Shown here piece by piece: positions 60,555 to 64,000 of a stretch of 64,000 nt of DNA (the stretch's first letter is position 1; each line of letters begins with the position of its first letter). The stretch is taken from the NCBI GenBank assembly GCA_963758495.1, contig CAVWVI010000003.1, positions 32,001-96,000 of the forward strand, written 5' to 3'. This DNA is from Oligoflexia bacterium. Lineage in GTDB: Bacteria > Bdellovibrionota > UBA1018. The notes beneath the pieces are model-generated. The model was not told where the DNA came from. It ran no database searches and was given only the letters and a program-made list of their open reading frames with translations. The position numbers and the translations under genes were made by a program.

Positions 60555-61547
60555 TTAATGGACTTCAACGCTTTCAATTCCTACGACTTTGCCAAAGAAT
60601 TTATTAGCCGCCATATACATGGATGTGAACTCACGACGTCCTGATTGGTCATTCGTCTGTAAATACCAGCGAGTTCCCGAACGCACCAGTTCCATCTGAA
60701 AGGTACCCGTATTTCGGGTAATTCCATTGATGAGATAAATCAGGTTGATTACCCCTCCAGAAGAACTATTCAGATTAACTCCCTGAAGTTTGATCACGTC
60801 ATAACCGCTCTGATTCAACAACACCACACCGCTATGGAGCTGATTGAGATTGAATTCCTTCATGCCGCTTCCATTGCCATAATAGCGAAGAGCCGTAAAA
60901 TTAGAATCTCCATCCACTACCGTTGCAATTTCTCCATATCCCGACATGGCATCAGAAGTAATACGAAGGATTTTTGACTCAGAAAAATTATTTTCAATTT
61001 CAACCCTGCTTTCAAATACAGAAACACTCTCAACTCCGACTATTTGGCCAAAAGTTTTGCGCATTTTCATATTCATGAGATTGAATTTTTTGACTTCATT
61101 CCCATCTTGAACTTGAAGAGACCATTCATTCCCCGTTCGAACTAATTCCATTTCAAACGTCTGATAGCTCCCAGTAAGCCCATCATGAAGGTATACCCAC
61201 TCCAAGTGTCCACCTGAATTGGGATTAAAATCCTTGCTACCTAATTTGAAAACATCCATTCCACTTTGCTTGTACATGACAGGCATGGAATCAAGCGTAT
61301 TTTGCGTAATTTCTGTGAACTGGTTCCCTTTATAATAATACTTAAACGATAAAATATCTGATTTATCATCTAACTCAACTTTAAGATAAGTCGCATCTAC
61401 TCCTTCAGCTTTAAACTTTAGAAGTTGACTCTCGGAATTTGCGTAAGCAAGATTTCCAAAAACACCTGCTATATTTACCAGAGCGACAACCCCGCCCCAG
61501 ATAGATAAAAATGACTTCTTGGTCAAATAGTTAATAGAAAAATCCAT
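60555..61547 (-). CDS. secreted hypothetical protein with a duplicated domain
   Basis: Two ~140-aa repeats (QSGxDVxKL...SGG...TFxMELVRxG.xW.LQ...FG.xVGxESV). Confidence 0.75.
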   Translation of the reverse strand: MDFSINYLTKKSFLSIWGGVVALVNIAGVFGNLAYANSESQLLKFKAEGVDATYLKVELDDKSDILSFKYYYKGNQFTEITQNTLDSMPVMYKQSGMDVFKLGSKDFNPNSGGHLEWVYLHDGLTGSYQTFEMELVRTGNEWSLQVQDGNEVKKFNLMNMKMRKTFGQIVGVESVSVFESRVEIENNFSESKILRITSDAMSGYGEIATVVDGDSNFTALRYYGNGSGMKEFNLNQLHSGVVLLNQSGYDVIKLQGVNLNSSSGGVINLIYLINGITRNTGTFQMELVRSGTRWYLQTNDQSGRREFTSMYMAANKFFGKVVGIESVEVH

Positions 61548-61724
61548 TTTTCCCCCTTTTTTTGACATGATAACAACTAAAAAACCCAAAGAAATAATGG
61601 CTTTTTACTTACAATTTGTCCACAAATATCCATACTTATCTAAATAACGGGTGACTCTAGGCAAAAATTGCCAGTCGCGTTAATATCTTGCTTATGAGAA
61701 ATTAAATACTAAGGGGATATCTTA

Positions 61725-62285
61725 ATGACACGAAAAAAATCATTAGTCTTTTTTCCTGCATTCTTCATCTTCACAGCAAGTTCCGCCTTTGCTGATCTTT
61801 TAGTAATTAATGTTGAACCCATCGTTGGATATGAACAAGTACAACAAGTCTTACCCACTCCACATAGGATCAATCGCCTCATTTACGGCGCACGTGCTAC
61901 AGGCGGAATTCTCTTAATTTCAGCTGAAGCAGAATATACTCACGGTGTCGCTCAAGAGTCCTTTCCTAACTTCTCTCAGACTGATACGGGAGATCAGCTC
62001 AAGGTTGGATTACGATCGGGTTTCTCTTTAGGACCTCTCCTCACCCTTTCGGTGCGAGGAGGAGTGCAGGCATCTCAGGAAAAAATCGATCAAACAAGCA
62101 ATGGAGTTACCACCACCACATTTCAACCCGTTGCCTACAATCCCTACCTTGGCTTGGCTGCACGAGCCATGTTGACATCTCATCTCTCCGCAAGCGCAGG
62201 GGTTGTTGCAATTATACCTAATATTAATGACATGAGCCAGAACGAGTACCAGATGACAGCAGGATTTGCGATTCGATTTCCTTAA
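61725..62285 (+). CDS. small outer-membrane beta-barrel protein
   Basis: Signal peptide (AFA), amphipathic strands, ends AGFAIRFP. Confidence 0.65.
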   Translation: MTRKKSLVFFPAFFIFTASSAFADLLVINVEPIVGYEQVQQVLPTPHRINRLIYGARATGGILLISAEAEYTHGVAQESFPNFSQTDTGDQLKVGLRSGFSLGPLLTLSVRGGVQASQEKIDQTSNGVTTTTFQPVAYNPYLGLAARAMLTSHLSASAGVVAIIPNINDMSQNEYQMTAGFAIRFP

Positions 62286-62421
62286 ATCTGTGCAGATGAA
62301 GCAAATCAAAAGATATTCAAACAATTTCGTGATTGTAGCACGGAATCCTGTACAAAGGGCGGCCAAGAGGAATGTATAAGGAATATCTCCAAAAATGAAG
62401 AGATAAAAAAGATTTACTGAT

Positions 62422-64000
62422 TCAATCTGCTGGCAAGTGTACACCTTCTTCTAATCGTATTGCCCCTTGATGGCTTGGATTAATTAAGAGCTTTCCATTT
62501 TTATCTTGGTGAAAAATAGAACGATAGAGAGACGGGTAAGCACTTGCATCACTGACATAAAAGAGTTTCTGTAATTGATAAAAATCTTTCAAGCTCATGC
62601 CTAATTTTTTTGCCCTTTTATTGAATGCTGTCATTAAAAAATTAGACCCGAGATCTTTGCCCTGAATCATTTCACCCAAGAAATCGTGATTGACCAATTG
62701 TGTGGCCAAATTGACTTGGTCTTGATTATATCCCCATTTACCAAGGAAATGACGAAGGATTGGAACGGTAAACTTATGCTGATCCTTCTTATTACCGAGA
62801 GACTTCCCAATATCATGAAGAATCAGCATAGCTCGTAAAAGATTAGGTAGGGATCCAAATTGCTTATATTTTATTTCCAACTGATCTAGAGAATAGTACT
62901 TATACTGATCTTCAAACTGATGAATCACTTTCTCAGTGTGCTCACCCACAGTATATCCCTCAGAAACCTGTGCGGAGCTGGAAAGTAACTTTTTCAAATA
63001 GGGGTACTCATTTTCAACGATAGATAAATCGACTTTTTCATTTTTGAGAAAGAAGGTAGGACTTTGATGGTTTGCTTTGCTATCTGAAACAAATTTTTTA
63101 ATAGAATCCACGACATTGATCTTCGTTGCCGAAAGACAGGCATCCTTTGTGCTGAAAGAAATGGGTAACACGGTGGGGTCATAAAAATCCCCAAAATAAA
63201 TCACGCGATATTGATTATGAATAGAATTTGCTACCTTTTGACACATCAGTTGATTTTCAGGGTTTGCTTCCTGCAATGACTCATGACACTCACTGATTGA
63301 AGAAAAATTATAGTTCATAGGCTCAATTATACTGACACCTGAAATTAATTGAGCTCTGTTATTTTTGTAAGGAATACAGAGAAGTCCCGTCTTCTTTTCA
63401 AGATCGATAGAAGTATGACAATCTTGATTCGACTGAAACGCGGTAGAACCTCCAATGAGAGCACCCACAAAGGGGCGAGAAGAATCAATAATAGTATTAT
63501 CTTGAGTACAGCGCAAATCTGCTTTGCAGAAATTACCTGGCACTGCTCCAAGAAAAATATTTAAACTATATTCATGAGGATTAGCAGGCAGCCGAATACA
63601 ACTTCCTTCAGTATTAAATCTATATCGAGTTGGAAATCTGGATTCACATTCGTCAGGATTCACATCAGTTTTAATTAAGATGAGTTTTTTGCCATCATAA
63701 TATGTATACTTTCTACAATCACCTTCATATGTCCAATAATACTGAGCCTCCAGTTCTCCTTCATTGAGCTTTTTCAAAATCTGTTCACCTTTATGAACGA
63801 AGTCCTTTAATTTCTTTGAATCACCCCAAGCATCGACTGGCGTATACATTTCACGGTTATTCAAAGGCATGTCAAGATACTGAGGGACGTACGGTCGATT
63901 CTGAAACTCCTGCTCGGCTCGATCCTCAAAATAATCTCCTCTTTGCTTATTTTGATTTCTAAGTTCAGAATAATATTTGAAGAGTTCGCTTACTGGAAGA
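62422..64000 (-). CDS. Cys-rich protein with C-terminal HD-like domain (5' end outside window)
   Basis: EHT...LHDIGK...QH...HD...SDA; frame is open from 63999 to 63870. Confidence 0.65.
   Translation of the reverse strand, partial: LPVSELFKYYSELRNQNKQRGDYFEDRAEQEFQNRPYVPQYLDMPLNNREMYTPVDAWGDSKKLKDFVHKGEQILKKLNEGELEAQYYWTYEGDCRKYTYYDGKKLILIKTDVNPDECESRFPTRYRFNTEGSCIRLPANPHEYSLNIFLGAVPGNFCKADLRCTQDNTIIDSSRPFVGALIGGSTAFQSNQDCHTSIDLEKKTGLLCIPYKNNRAQLISGVSIIEPMNYNFSSISECHESLQEANPENQLMCQKVANSIHNQYRVIYFGDFYDPTVLPISFSTKDACLSATKINVVDSIKKFVSDSKANHQSPTFFLKNEKVDLSIVENEYPYLKKLLSSSAQVSEGYTVGEHTEKVIHQFEDQYKYYSLDQLEIKYKQFGSLPNLLRAMLILHDIGKSLGNKKDQHKFTVPILRHFLGKWGYNQDQVNLATQLVNHDFLGEMIQGKDLGSNFLMTAFNKRAKKLGMSLKDFYQLQKLFYVSDASAYPSLYRSIFHQDKNGKLLINPSHQGAIRLEEGVHLPAD

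Noticed and set aside
61658..61674. GGCAAAAATTGCC as a sigma-54 promoter
   Set aside because: GG-to-GC spacing is 8 rather than 10

Overview
A bacterial chromosomal window, moderately AT-rich by eye. Gene content suggests Bdellovibrionota/Oligoflexia, but that is an inference. Core genes: aroA-aroE-aroC-aroK, purU, a deoxyhypusine-synthase-like gene, aceB-aceA, menA-like plus polyprenyl synthase, aat/clpS/clpA, ettA, TolC+RND, NifU-like, eno-ftsB, a cold-shock gene and tRNA-Glu(CUC). Accessory blocks: (1) a reshuffled ebo operon (orf-eboB-E-C-F-D) with no recognisable eboA; (2) a compact NfrB/NfrA-like/WecB/DUF4434 surface-glycan locus; (3) a decayed island beside tRNA-Glu with two toxin-antitoxin pairs, frameshifted genes, an IS200/IS605-type end, a 164-bp inverted-repeat element and an atypical tyrosine recombinase; (4) a trehalose locus (GH15 plus a membrane-anchored trehalose-6-P synthase) next to a secreted Gly-rich/collagen-like protein, with sigma-54-type promoter motifs. 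Not explained by the ORF track: a dispersed repeat family with GTAAG...CTTAC ends (36-bp and ~101-bp forms, seven copies, all at gene 3' ends), four sigma-54 motifs, leaderless TA promoters with operators, and three frameshifts. All product calls come from motif recognition; no searches were run.
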